Part shown: positions 12,900 through 25,128 of the stretch, piece by piece
Layout of the letters: each line of letters opens with the position of its first letter
Numbering within the stretch: the stretch's first letter is position 1
Assembly (NCBI RefSeq): GCF_006345805.1
Contig: NC_043000.1
Coordinates: 37,200,001-37,264,000, forward strand
Source of the DNA: Octopus sinensis
Taxonomy: Eukaryota
Direction of reading: 5' to 3'
Length of the DNA: 64,000 nucleotides
Notes under the pieces: generated by a model
What the model was told of the DNA's origin: nothing
The model's input: the letters and a program-made list of their open reading frames with translations, nothing else
Databases searched by the model: none
Position numbers and translations under genes: made by a program

Positions 12900-13112
12900 G
12901 GCAATGAGCTGGCAGAATTGTTAGCATGCTGTGCAAAATGCTTAGTGGTATTTCGTCTGTCTTTACATTCTGAGTTCAAATTCCACTGAGGTCAGCTTTG
13001 CCTTTCATCCTTTTGAGGTTGATAAATTAAGTACCAGTTGTATACTGGGGTCAATCTAATCAACTGACTCCCTCCCCAAAACTTTCGGGCCTTGTGCCTA
13101 GAGTAGAAAAGA
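12900..13112 (+). mobile_element. SINE family A
   Basis: Full-length copy; attattggact repeated at 12882-12892 and 13113-13123 (TSD-like). Confidence 0.9.
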
Positions 13113-13364
13113 ATTATTGGACTGCCCTGTGTTTTAGCTTTCCATTTTTGTTTCTATTACAACAACTTATCCTTACGACCAGTTTTTAGGGCAGCGTAAT
13201 TTTCTCTCCCACTCATCCTTATATGCTATGTACCTCTTCAACAGCAACAAACTTACCCTTCTTTTAAAGTTTAACCTCTTAACGTCTAGTATAAAGCCAC
13301 CCCTCTCTCTACTATACTTCCACTCAGTCGAAGATAGTCTTTAGTTTTGTTAGTTACATGAAGA

Positions 13365-13520
13365 CCTCAGTAGTGCTGTTGTCATAATAACAAAAGCACT
13401 CAATACACCCTGTAAAGTGGTTCTTTTAGGAAATGCATCCAGCCATAGAAATCATGGCAAAGCAGACAGTGGAGCATGATGCTGTCCTCTGACTCATGGA
13501 ATTTTGTCAAACTGTCCAAT
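13365..13520 (+). mobile_element. RTE-type LINE 3' UTR fragment (family C), degraded
   Basis: aaaagcactcaatacaccctgtaaagtggtt...aggaaatgcatccagccatagaaa. Confidence 0.65.
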
Positions 13521-14546
13521 ACTGTGGCCCTTCTGAGGTATTACCATAGATGTGCATGTTAGTGTGTATGTATATGTAAATGAGTATTAAAAAGTTAAAT
13601 GTCAGTATTTACACACACATATATACAAGGTTCTTTTACACTAAGCTCTCTTCATACTTTTATACAGTATCATGTACGTACATGTTTATATACATAGAAA
13701 TGCACACATACACATGTACACATACACTCAGACATACGTGTACACACACACACGTGCACAACTGGGAAATGACACTGGTACATACACAGTTTCTAAATAA
13801 TATATTCTAACACAAATCCATGTACATTCAGACGAAATCTCTGTTCCCTTAAGGCAAAAATAAACATCAATAAATAAATTCTATCTCTTTTATACTCCTG
13901 AGAATTTTAGAACATTTTCACCCACACATTCTTCAGCTTGACAACCAACAGATGGATTAAAAAAGCGAAAGCTTTTCAAATCCATCAATCAATCTTCCTT
14001 AGCAATCAAGATTATGGCTAATAATCAATCAGTTAAGAAGCAAAATCCATTTATTTTTTTCTTAATTTCTGTTCTTGCATAAAACCTTGAGATTTTGAAC
14101 ATCAGAACTGACTGTGTGCTGCTGGAGCATTTAAGCCCTGTCTCATTAATTTATAGGGTGGGAGGAGAATCTGATGTTATGTAATGTTTAATGAAATGCA
14201 ATCGTTCATTACTGGAAACTCAATTACAGCTGAGATGCACGGTGGAGATAGATTTAGCCAGAAGTAGCTTCTTAGTGTCACAATGTTGGTGTGCTAACAT
14301 CACATTCTTAATGCTGGCATTGATGTCACTTTGTTGTAGCAGTGCAAGCAGCCACCTGTCATGGTGGAAGGTGCAACATCTTATATCAACTTCAGTATTA
14401 GTATAACATTTCATTACTGGTGCTAATAGCTCTTTTTACTACCTTTCTGAAATTGAAATTTAATACCTTCCTGAAAAGCCTAGCTTGGTGAAACTCTGAA
14501 GTTACTAGCTACCATTAAATATGCAGTTCCATACATACATGCATGT

Positions 14547-14587
<41 letters not shown>

Positions 14588-14597
14588 TATATACATA

Positions 14598-14647
<50 letters not shown>

Positions 14648-14650
<3 letters not shown>

Positions 14651-14820
14651 TCATCATTGTCATTTAACATCTTTTTTTTTGTCTATACGGGCATGGATTG
14701 GACAGTTGGACTGGAACTGGTAAGCTGCAAGTCCACATTGAGCTCCAGTTTCAGCTTTGGCATTGTTTCTATGGCTTGATGCACTCCCAAATACCAACAA
14801 CTTTATAGAGTGTCTGAATG
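14648..14820 (-). mobile_element. RTE-type LINE 3' end (family C)
   Basis: (CAT)n tail, ggcatggattggacagtt, gtttctatggcttgatgcactccc. Confidence 0.7.
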
Positions 14821-15149
14821 TTTTTTTTCACATATCTGTTTTTCTCTCTATTCACACACACACACACAAACACACACATACATGTCAATACTAATGCAAT
14901 ATCTCTATAACTGTGCTTGTCTTATCATATCACTAGAACATATTTTCTTTTTTAATAATGGTTCTAATTCCAGAGTGAAGTGATGGAGTTAACCTCACAT
15001 TCAAATACTTATTGAAACCCAACTTCATTTAATTCCTTGCACTTACATCACATCTCAGCACTGAAGTGGATCTCTATGACGATACCAGAATCACATATAA
15101 AGAACAGAACTACTATAAAAATTAAAACAATATTAGATGCAACAACATA

Positions 15150-15960
15150 TCTTAATATTGGTGTCAGTTTTGAACTAACATTTGAATATTTACATCAGTT
15201 TTGTTAAATGTATGGCCCCAATTAACAAAGACTCTACCATTTTACTGACAAAAAAAAAAAACCTACTCAAAGACACCAAAACCTACAATTCTTCTATTCC
15301 ACACCCAACTGGTAGGGATGCTAAAATTTATTTCCCATTTTAAACGATCCCTGATAAGCTTAATCCCTTCTACTCAACTTGCTTATCACACTCTTGCTTA
15401 TATCTAACCTAACCCACTTCTGTCTATCCACATTAGTTCTTTAAATCACTGTCTTATCAAATTAACCCCACCACAGGTATAGACATGGCGATTGAATCTT
15501 TATCTATAACTTCAACACTTTCAACATAGAAATTTACCATTAAGTTGGAATTTTACCAGTTTTTATGCAGATTATTCCTGGCAAGTTATTAATTCTAAAC
15601 TTGACTATGCTAAAACAGCAGCAAATCTGGTGCTTCTTCTACTTCCCCAACTGTAACTTATACAAGATTCCTTGCCAAAGATTTGCTACCAACATTAGGT
15701 AAGATTTCTCTCCCCCCCCCACACATTTTCCACTTAACCACCATGATTTCTTTATTAACAGCAAACTTGCCTGGTTATGATACAACTTGCATTACTTCTT
15801 TCACAACTGATTTCACTCTCATCACAAATAAATTTTTTATAGTAATTTAGACCCACGCCTTAATCTTCATACTAACCAATTTCCACAGATCTTACCTATT
15901 TCTGAAAACCTCCCAAATCCCTGTGCCTGTATATCATTGACTGAGCTCTTTCAATTCCAA
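15150..15960 (+). mobile_element. Possible very decayed Penelope-like RT remnant
   Basis: C/T-skewed unique sequence with faint echoes of Penelope RT motifs; no intact frame. Confidence 0.25.
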
Positions 15961-16031
15961 CACAACTTTTGCTTTTCAATAAAACCACTCTGAATCTACA
16001 AAAGCAGGCAAATAATTAAACAGCAGACACA

Positions 16032-16035
<4 letters not shown>

Positions 16036-16088
<53 letters not shown>
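16036..16088. repeat. (TG)n microsatellite
   Basis: Direct reading. Confidence 0.95.
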
Positions 16089-16090
<2 letters not shown>

Positions 16091-16132
16091 ATGTGTGGTG
16101 TGAGTATGTATGTATGCATGTATGTTTACCCC

Positions 16133-16286
16133 CCTGCTGGTGGCACGTCAAAAGCACCATCCAAACATGGCTGATGCCAGAGCCACCTCAACTGGAGCCT
16201 GGTGCAGCCTCCTGGCTTCCTAGACTGCAGTTGAAATGTCCAACCTATGCCAGCATGGAAAATGGATGTTAAATGATGATGATGAT
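16133..16286 (+). mobile_element. Family C (RTE 3' UTR), internally deleted
   Basis: gctggtggcacgtcaaaagcacc...ggagcctggtgcagcctcctggcttcc...atggaaaatggatgttaaa(tga)n. Confidence 0.8.
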
Positions 16287-16365
16287 TTATATATATATAC
16301 TAGCTGAAAGTGACCCGCTCTACGCGCGGGTAAGAGTGTGGTTGTTACTTTCTGTTGCTTCCTTT

Positions 16366-16660
16366 CAGCACGTAAAAAGCACCATCTGAATGTGGCGGAT
16401 TGCAGCACCGCCTTGACTGGCTTATGTGCTGGTGGCACGTAAAAAGCACCAACCGATCGTGGCCGCTGCCAGCCCCCCTGGCACCTGTGCAGGCGGCACG
16501 AAAAAAGCACCCACTACGCTCACAGAGTGGTTGGCGTTAGGAAGGGCATCCACCTGTCGAAACACTGCCAGATCAGACTGGAGCCTGGTGCAGCCTCCTG
16601 GCTTCCCAGACCCCTGTCAAACTGTCCAACCCGTGCTAGCACGGAAAACGGACGTTAAAC

Positions 16661-16690
<30 letters not shown>
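16366..16690 (+). mobile_element. Young family C copy (RTE 3' UTR) nested in the Helitron
   Basis: Three tandem gcacgtaaaaagcacc units, ggttggcgttaggaagggcatcc, ggaaaacggacgttaaac(GAT)n; CpGs retained. Confidence 0.9.
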
Positions 16691-16691
<1 letters not shown>

Positions 16692-17289
16692 CTCCCTCTT
16701 TGTTTCTTTCTCCTTTCTCTCTCACTTTCCCACTCTCTTACTCTTCCTTTCTCTCGGACTCTCCCTCGCTTTCTCTTACTCTCTATCTTTATGTATCTCT
16801 CTCCCATTTATAAACAACAAAAGATCTTGAGTAAGTTGAGAAATAAAATATTTAGAAAGATCAATCATAAATATCAGGCAGTTACAAAGGAAAGGTCTGC
16901 TTCAAGACAGACAGCAAAACACTAACATTTAAAAGGGACAGACGAACTTGCGAGCTGAATAAAAATAATAAAATATTGGAAACCAAAGTTTGAAGGGATA
17001 GAATTTGAGGATAGTAGAGTCACCATGGCTGGCATTTCTTAACGACGGACAGCAACGTATTGACAGTTCAACGGCTGGTGTAAAAGTTTGAACTTGATGT
17101 AAAAGAAAATCCCTAAAAACCAAGTTTTGACTTGATTCTTTCTCATGACAGTAGACTCACGATGGCAAGCATTCAAAACTTCTTCATCATGGACGGCAAC
17201 ACATTGACGATTAAAAGGCTGGAGCAAATTTTTTAGCTTGATGTAACAGAGAATTGCTAAACACCCGCTCATTTTATAAGATGAGGACA

Positions 17290-17484
17290 CAACCAAGTTT
17301 CCCAAGTTCTGGTCATAGACCATAGAACACTCAACCAAGTTTCCCGATTTCTGGTCATAGACCATAGAACAGTCAAGCAAGTTTCCCGAGTTCTGGTCAT
17401 AGACCATAGAACACTCAACCAAGTTTCCCGAGTTCTGGTCATAGACCATAGAACACTAAACTAAGTTTCCCGAGTTCTGGTCAT
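17290..17484. repeat. 42-bp minisatellite, ~4.6 copies, inside the Helitron
   Basis: Unit caaccaagtttcccgagttctggtcatagaccatagaacact starting at 17290, 17332, 17374, 17416, partial at 17458. Confidence 0.95.
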
Positions 17485-17734
17485 TTGCAGAATAAATAGA
17501 GACGGCGGAGGTGGCAGACGTCGTTGCAATGTAAACATGATTTGTTATAAGAGAAAGATTGCCCAGATTGTGTGTTGGTGGTGTTGGTGGTGGCGATGAT
17601 AATTATCATTAGGAAAAAGAGTGAGTGAGTGAGGAAGACATACATAAGTTGTGGCGATGATAATTGTAGACCCCTTTTCACATTTTGATGAAGAGAACCC
17701 GATTTCATTCGGGTGTACTGGGGCTACATATAGG

Positions 17735-17768
<34 letters not shown>

Positions 17769-17871
17769 CACACTGTAGAAATTAAATTAGAGATAAAACC
17801 ACTAATAGGGAAATGAAACAGTAAAAAACCAAAAACAAAAACAAAAATAAAAATATAATATTAGATATATG

Positions 17872-17909
<38 letters not shown>

Positions 17910-18320
17910 GACAGGTAGACAATAGAATGCGATGGCGATGGCGAGTAATATTTGTTACTGTCCATGAACGCTGAGAGATACATGAGTAAAATGTATAGGA
18001 AGGTAAGAGATAGAGTGAGTGAAAATGTTCTTGGAAGAGAGTAAATAGCTACAGAGTGATTTGAGGAAGACTTTACATTAAATAACGGTAGTTGCATTGT
18101 CAAATGAAGAGGAGTGACAGAGTACTGGAGGAAATAGGGTGAGGTAGGAAGATGGCCCCTAGCAACGACACCTTTTAAGATAGGGATTTGTAAGGTAGCC
18201 CACGCGCATCGTCACCTCATTCTACATGTCCCTGTAAATTTTGGAGCGAATCGGACGGGATGTAGTGGCATTGAATGCGAACCAAGCGGTAAAAACGCAT
18301 TTCAATTTTATATATAGAGA

Positions 18321-18327
18321 TATATAT

Positions 18328-18370
<43 letters not shown>

Positions 18371-18411
18371 GTGTGTATATATATATGTGTATATATATAT
18401 ATGTGTATATA

Positions 18412-18490
<79 letters not shown>
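18321..18490. repeat. (TA)n microsatellite
   Basis: Direct reading. Confidence 0.95.
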
Positions 18491-18491
<1 letters not shown>

Positions 18492-18493
<2 letters not shown>

Positions 18494-18640
18494 TACCTTA
18501 TGGACAATTGGTTAAGAAGCTTACTTTGCAACCATGAGGTCCCAGGTTCAATCCCACTATATGGCATCTTGGATAAATATCATTTTCTACAGACAGGGCT
18601 AGCCAAAATCTTATGAGTGAAATAAAGAGAAAGAAACTGT
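18492..18640 (+). mobile_element. SINE family B 5' portion
   Basis: ttggttaagaagc...ggttcaatcccact...atcttggataaat. Confidence 0.7.
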
Positions 18641-18761
18641 CTGTCAGATGAATTGTAGATATAACTAAAAACATAGTCTTGTCATACAGTCACATAATTG
18701 AAGACTTAAAACTATGAGATAACGTATGGATTAATTCAAAACAATGTGTATAAATAAGCAA

Positions 18762-19030
18762 TCATCATCATTATCATCATCGTTTAACGTGCGTTTTCCA
18801 TGCTGGCATGGGTTGGACAGTTTGATTGGGGACTAGCAAGCCAGGAAGCCGCACCAGGCTTCAGTCTTATCTGGCAATGTATCTACAGCTGGATGCCCTT
18901 CCTAATGCCAACCACTCCAAGAGTGTAGTGGGTGCTTTTTATGTGCCACTGGCACAGGAGCTAGTCAGGCATCACTGGCAATGACCCACGCATGAAGGGT
19001 GCTTATTGAGTGCCACCAGCACAGGAGCCA
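18762..19030 (-). mobile_element. Family C (RTE 3' UTR)
   Basis: (CAT)n cgtttaacgtgcgttttccatgc...ggatgcccttcctaatgccaacc; reverse complement of 16366-16690. Confidence 0.9.
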
Positions 19031-19660
19031 ATACATTTGATAAAGTAATCGAGATACTGAAGAGTTAAACAGCTCTCTTGTTATCCTTCTGCTACCCTCT
19101 TTATGTTTTTGTTTGTGCATGTACATGCATGCATGTGTGTATGCGTCTGTCTGTGCATATCCCTGACCATTTCCTAGTTTCAGTCCTTGCTCTATGGCCA
19201 TGCTTTAGTTTATCGACCTGGTGACTATCCTCCTCTTTAATGATTATCTTCTACAACACTGGGAATTGATTGCTGATATTGGTTGGAAACAAACCAGCAA
19301 AAATAGTAGAGCCACCAGCAAGCTTTATTAACTATGTAACATATAAATGGTTTGAAGTTATCAACACCATCATAATAGTAATTAATTATATATTATCAAC
19401 ATTTCATAATAAAAACTGTCTAATAACAATGCACTATTATTCAATCAATAAATAGAAACTCTGACTTCAAGCCATGGATCTAACAAAACATCATTTTCTC
19501 TCCTCACATGAAAAAATAAATAAAACCAAAACTCTTGTCTAAATAATGGAAGGCTTTATTTTTAATATGAAATGATGCATTCAGCACAGATTAAACAAAC
19601 CTATGACCAAAGGCATCCCAGACATGACCATCCCATTTTGTTGGGAAGTGTAAAAATATA

Positions 19661-19733
<73 letters not shown>

Positions 19734-19922
19734 ATATATAAAGATACAATTTGTAAGGTTATATAAAAATACAATTAAAAATGGTAGGCTGTAATTTGAA
19801 GAGAATTTGGATGTTATTTCTCGTAAGTTGGACAAAAACATTCATGTTGCATTGTTAGCACAGTTTTTATTGATGCAACTTAACAAGGTACACACAGACT
19901 TATGCTACAATACTAAGCATAT

Positions 19923-20128
<206 letters not shown>

Positions 20129-20236
20129 CATTTATGAGCTAGTCATATTTTGGCTCACTGAATTAATTATGTGTCAGGCATCTCATGCAGACAGATAATG
20201 CTAAAAACACTATATATATATATATATATGTATGTG

Positions 20237-20267
<31 letters not shown>

Positions 20268-21264
20268 ATATATGTATGTATAATAACAGGCAAAGTAAAT
20301 GAATAAACAGCACAAGCGAACATGGTTTTAGCAGAGTTTATGTAGGAAAGACTCATCCACACAGCATTTATATAGCCTTATCATATAAAAGTCTTTAGAG
20401 TAAAAATGAAGACAGAGTTATTTTAATGAATGCATACAGTTCTTGAGAAGACCAATGTTTGATAGAAAGCTCAGAGCATTTCTGTGTTTAAAAACCTTTC
20501 GTTTTTCATTCATATCAGTGGAGTCTAATTGGATGAACACATGTATAAAATTGAAAAGAAAAAAAAACAAGGCTTTTGTTTGACTTGCTGCACATAGACA
20601 AAGTGAAGGGGAAATACATCACATCTTTAAATATATGGATTCATGAGTCTCGTTTTCATTGGTTAAGATAACAAAATATTTCTAAAGTGCATTCATTGGG
20701 TTAATTGGAACCAATATTAAATATAACTCCAGTTAGGATCTGACACTGAACTCTTGGTAGTGAATCATATTTTATAGAATATTTTAAAATTGGAAAAATA
20801 ATAATATTTTTTTAATAAAAATGAACCTGGCTCTGGACTAAAAAGTGCTGTTGTGTCATGTTTGACAACCCTGTTATGTATTTTCCATACAGAGGGCATG
20901 CTTGGGTAATCCACCAAACTCCAATTATTCATTACAATCGTCAATGTTCATTTGCTCCAAATCTTTATATCTCTCACTCATCTAGAATCTTGTTTCACTG
21001 AGAAGGTCTCATAAAAGCAAAATATATCCAGATTTTTCACATTATTAACCAAAGATCACACTCGTTCCTCACTGCATGCCATTTGCATTCAATTTTTAAT
21101 TAATTCCAGTATCAAAATTGTCTCCTTTGTCATTCTTGACCAGAATTAATTATTCACTCTAATGAATTTTTTCTCCTCCTAATGTGTGTAATTCTAATTA
21201 ATTGAATATGTAATATTATCTCCCCTCATACTATCAATTCGATTCTATCACCATCACCATCACA

Positions 21265-21492
21265 AGAGCCATTTGTAAACTAGTGTCAGCAACAGAAAGC
21301 AGTGTTCTTTGCTTCCAATCTTCTGTAAAAATATGAGTGTTGGGAATTAATATCAGCCTTGGTAAAAGTAAGGTCCGGCTACAAGAAGGGCATCCAGCTT
21401 TAGAGAATCTGCCTTAACAAATTCTGTCTGGTTCATGCAAGTATAGATATTAAAACAGTGATGATGATGATGATGATGATGATGACGATGAT
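21265..21492 (+). mobile_element. SINE B2 3' portion (RTE-like tail)
   Basis: ttccaatcttctgtaaaa...aagaagggcatccagc...gaatctgccttaacaaattctgtc...(GAT)n. Confidence 0.7.
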
Positions 21493-23574
21493 GTGTGTGT
21501 GTGTGTGCATGTATGTGTAAACATGCAAGTTAAGGTATACCATTAAAGCACATCAATCCACCTCCTATCTACCATTAACAAATGAATTAGATTATAGCTT
21601 TGAAACATATCAATACATCACATCTTGCTATTTGAGTCACACACACACACACAACCTAGTTTTCACATTACACTTTTCTAATGATGTTGCCATAATTACA
21701 AGTGTTACAGCAGATTTTATCTAAGTAACAATTCACTCATATTCTACAGATCTCTGGTAGAGAATTGTTTGTTTAAAGACAATCATACATCATGAATGCA
21801 GTGTATATCATCAAATCCGAATAGTTTGACAATTGTGTCTCTCAACTATTTTCTTACAAACCCTTCTAGAGTGTAATTAGTGAAGCATGACATTAATTTT
21901 ATGAAACTTCTTATCCACAGTCAATGAATGAACAATATTCAAGTTGCTCAAATAGAAAAAATGTTTTAGGGATGGGCATGGCAATTATTTGTTTCATTCC
22001 ATCACTTCAAATCATACCCCAGCTGAGTCAGCCCATGAAGGAGCCTCTATGAGGTTACTTGACCTGGTAGTAATAGTAGCCAGGTCTTCCACAAATCACA
22101 TCTTACACTTTTAAAATTGGAAAGATGCATTTGGTGATGTAGCTTTCTGAGATTGTCATTACTGGAAGGTATTTGATTAAAAGTTTGTCTTGTTAGAAAC
22201 AACTTGGGGGCAAAACAATATCTCGCCAGTTGTCTTTCAAAAAACATCTCGAGTTCATCAAAGAAAGAAAAAAATTTAAAGCAACTGACTCTGATACTAA
22301 CATTGCATGTGTTTCTAAAATACCCATCACTGTTGCTAATATTGCATGAGGTCTAGTTAATAAAACTTAGATGTTATAACAGTTTCTCTAAAAGCGTCAT
22401 TCACTAAGTAATCAATTAAATTATCTTCATTATTTTCAGTTCAGTTAGGGGTCTTTAAATTTTAATCTCTCAGTGTTGCAACCTTAGACGAAAGCAGTAG
22501 CCATTTATTCGGTGTTCAAAACCAGGTCACCTGCTAATAATGTAATTGATAACTGATCGATGGGAAATATTTTCACAATAGATATGGTCACTAGCTTTAC
22601 ATAGTATGTGCAGTTAATAGCAAGTTTGTGTGTGTGTATCTATGAATTGGTGTGAACAGCTTTCTGTAAAAGCAGTTATAATCTAGTTTCTATGAGATTA
22701 TGTCACTTGTGGATATGTAAACTACATCCAGCATGCAGGTATATACTTACCACACAGACACAGTTGATTCACAGTAACAGATGAATCAACACTATATGTA
22801 GATGACTGGTCAGTGTATACAAAAAAAAAAAAAAAGGATTATGTGTATGTATGTGAGTGTCTGTGTGTATAGCCATCAATTTTCAGTGCATCTATACTCA
22901 TTAAGCAATGCTACATGGGATATATGTCACCAGTTTGTTAGTGATTATCTAGTTACCAGTTACATTATGTGTGTTAGTAGGTTAATGTATATGTATGTGT
23001 ATGGTAATTGGCTAAATTACGTATAATCAATAAGTAATGTAAATGTGACTTTTGGTTGATTCCTTCGTAGATATTGGCTGGAAAACTTGCTATTTCTCTG
23101 CACAGCGTAAGCAGCAGTATGTGACTATGTCTGGTCTTTCAACTCAATGTCTTTCATACTATAATATCTGTTGATACTTGGTCATGCTGTAGCCAATGAC
23201 AACACATCATTACATACTTGACAGTCATGTGGTAGTCAGAGCTGTGATAACTACTTTGTCTTCCTATATAATGTAATATAATATAAAACATATGTATGAT
23301 TGTTGCGAAATTCCTTTTTACTATTAACATGGTTGGATCACTGAATGCAAAATCTTTGGGTCCGTTTGTGCCTCATTCCTGCAAATATACCATTGGCTAA
23401 AAACATAAAAAGTAGCTTTTTTTATGAGCCAACAGGTGTATTTGAAGCCAATGAGGGAGCAATTAGTTGACAGACTTGTACGAAATAGTAACCAAAGCTC
23501 CTTCAAATCATATTGCACAGTCTTAAAAATTGGAAGGATAAATTGTATAAGGTACAATAAAAAAATATATAAGG

Positions 23575-23950
23575 TACAGACTTGGCTATGTGGTTAAGAA
23601 GTTTGCTTCCTAACCATATGGTTTTCAGTTCAGCTTCACAGTTCAGCATTTTCTACTATAGCACCAGGTCAACCAAAACCTTGGGAGCAGATTTTGTAAA
23701 GCTAAACTGAAAGAAACTTTTGTGTGTGTGTGTGTTAATGTCTCTATAGCTTGCCATTGCATGATACTTGTAGTTGAGAGTTGCCATCAGACAAGCAGTG
23801 TCATGGGGAAATATTACCTTATTTGGAACCAGATGAAGGTTGGCAACAAGAAGAGCATCCAGCCATGTCTACCTTGAGGAATTCTGTCCAATCCACAAAA
23901 AGCATGGAAAAGTGGAAGTTAAAGGATGACGTTGATCACGACGATGATGG
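23575..23950 (+). mobile_element. SINE B2: family B head with RTE-like tail
   Basis: tggctatgtggttaagaag head, internal (TG)n, ggttggcaacaagaagagcatccagcc, atggaaaagtggaagttaaaggatgac tail. Confidence 0.8.
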
Positions 23951-24734
23951 ATTTGCTGGTGTCTGAAGCTTTTAAAGTGAGGAAAGGCCTTCCACAGTTT
24001 CACTGGCCCTGTGTAGAGCAAGTCAACATCACTGAATGTAGATGAAGTTTCAGTTGTCAGTGTTTTCCTTCCAGAGAGAAGTCTAAACAAAGGCTAGGAT
24101 TCACTCACTCCCCGCTGTTTGATGGCTGTTAACTCAACAGAGTTCATTCACCCTTTGAGCAGTTTTGCTTTTCATCCTACTTTTCATCCTACTGGATGTT
24201 CAACCAGACTGAGTAGGGTTATTGGTTTAGATGCTAATGGCATGACCATGCAACAAGCAAGGTTGTACTGGTGGTTACATGTTATCAGAAGCACAAAGGG
24301 TGACTTGACATGGACTGGAAGAATTTAGTATGTAGGCAGCAGATTCTTAATTTTGGTAATAAATGAGCATCTAAGTTATGTATGTTACTGTGACTTACTT
24401 TATTACCTTGTGTACGAGACCATTAATCCCCAGGATACAGTCCCAGTAGGTAGAGTGTCGGGGGGGGGGGGGAGTTTTCTTACTGACACTCAGAGAGAAG
24501 TGAAGAGGAAAGTGAAGGAAGTAAAAACTTTGAGTATAGGTGGTGGGGCAGGATAAGGGTGGGTGCAAAATGAGCAATTAAACATGTTCATAATAAGAAC
24601 AATAACAAAATGAAGTTGGAGAAAAAAAGAAACATGTCAGATTATTCACTTTATGAGCCTTTTTCTCTTCTTTCATCTCTTCTACCTTTCTCCCCTTCTC
24701 TCTTTCTATCCCCAGGATGGCTTCCGTATTTTAA

Positions 24735-25128
24735 CAGGCATGGCTGTGTTGGAAGAAGCTTGCTTCTCAACCACATAGTTCCAGGTTCAGCCCCACTGTG
24801 TAGCACCTTGGGCAAGTGTCTTCTACTATAGACTGGGGCCAATCAAAGCCCTGTGAATAGATTTGGTTGACAAAAACTGAAAGAAGCCCATTGTATTTAT
24901 ATATGTGTGTGTGTGTGTGTGCATGTGTGTGGCTGTGTTTGCATCATGCTTGTTCCCCACTGCAGTTTGACAACTGGTGTTGATGTGTTTTTCATGTCCC
25001 CATAACTTAGCAGATCCAAGCTTAAAAAAAAAAAGAATTGGGGTTGATTCATATTTGACTAAAACTCCTTCAAGGAGTGCTCCAACATGGCTGAAGTCTT
25101 ATGACTGAAACAAATTAGAAGGTAAAAG
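24735..25128 (+). mobile_element. SINE family B (CORE-like, CR1/L2-type tail)
   Basis: caggcatggctgtgttggaagaagc head, ccttgggcaagtgtcttctact, internal (TG)n, gtgctccaacatggctgaagtcttatgactgaaac tail. Confidence 0.85.

Larger units (their letters stand above)
16300..18320 (-). mobile_element. Non-autonomous Helitron, ~2.0 kb, both termini intact
   Basis: Minus-strand 5' end TCTCTATATATAAAA at 18320; 3' hairpin acccgc/gcgggt (16313-16331) 9 nt before terminal CTAG (16300-16303); inserted between A and T of a (TA)n tract, no TSD. Confidence 0.85.

Noticed and set aside
17290-17484. CRISPR-like array
   Set aside because: Head-to-tail units without unique spacers, no cas genes, eukaryotic context
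20439-20477. Hammerhead-like remnant gttc-TTGAGAA...GAAAGCTC-agagc
   Set aside because: Core has two mismatches and stem II does not pair; cannot be told from chance without a family consensus
22762-22790. Hairpin gttgattca-N10-tgaatcaac next to a - strand GTAAGT
   Set aside because: A 9-bp stem is too short for a pre-miRNA; no other support
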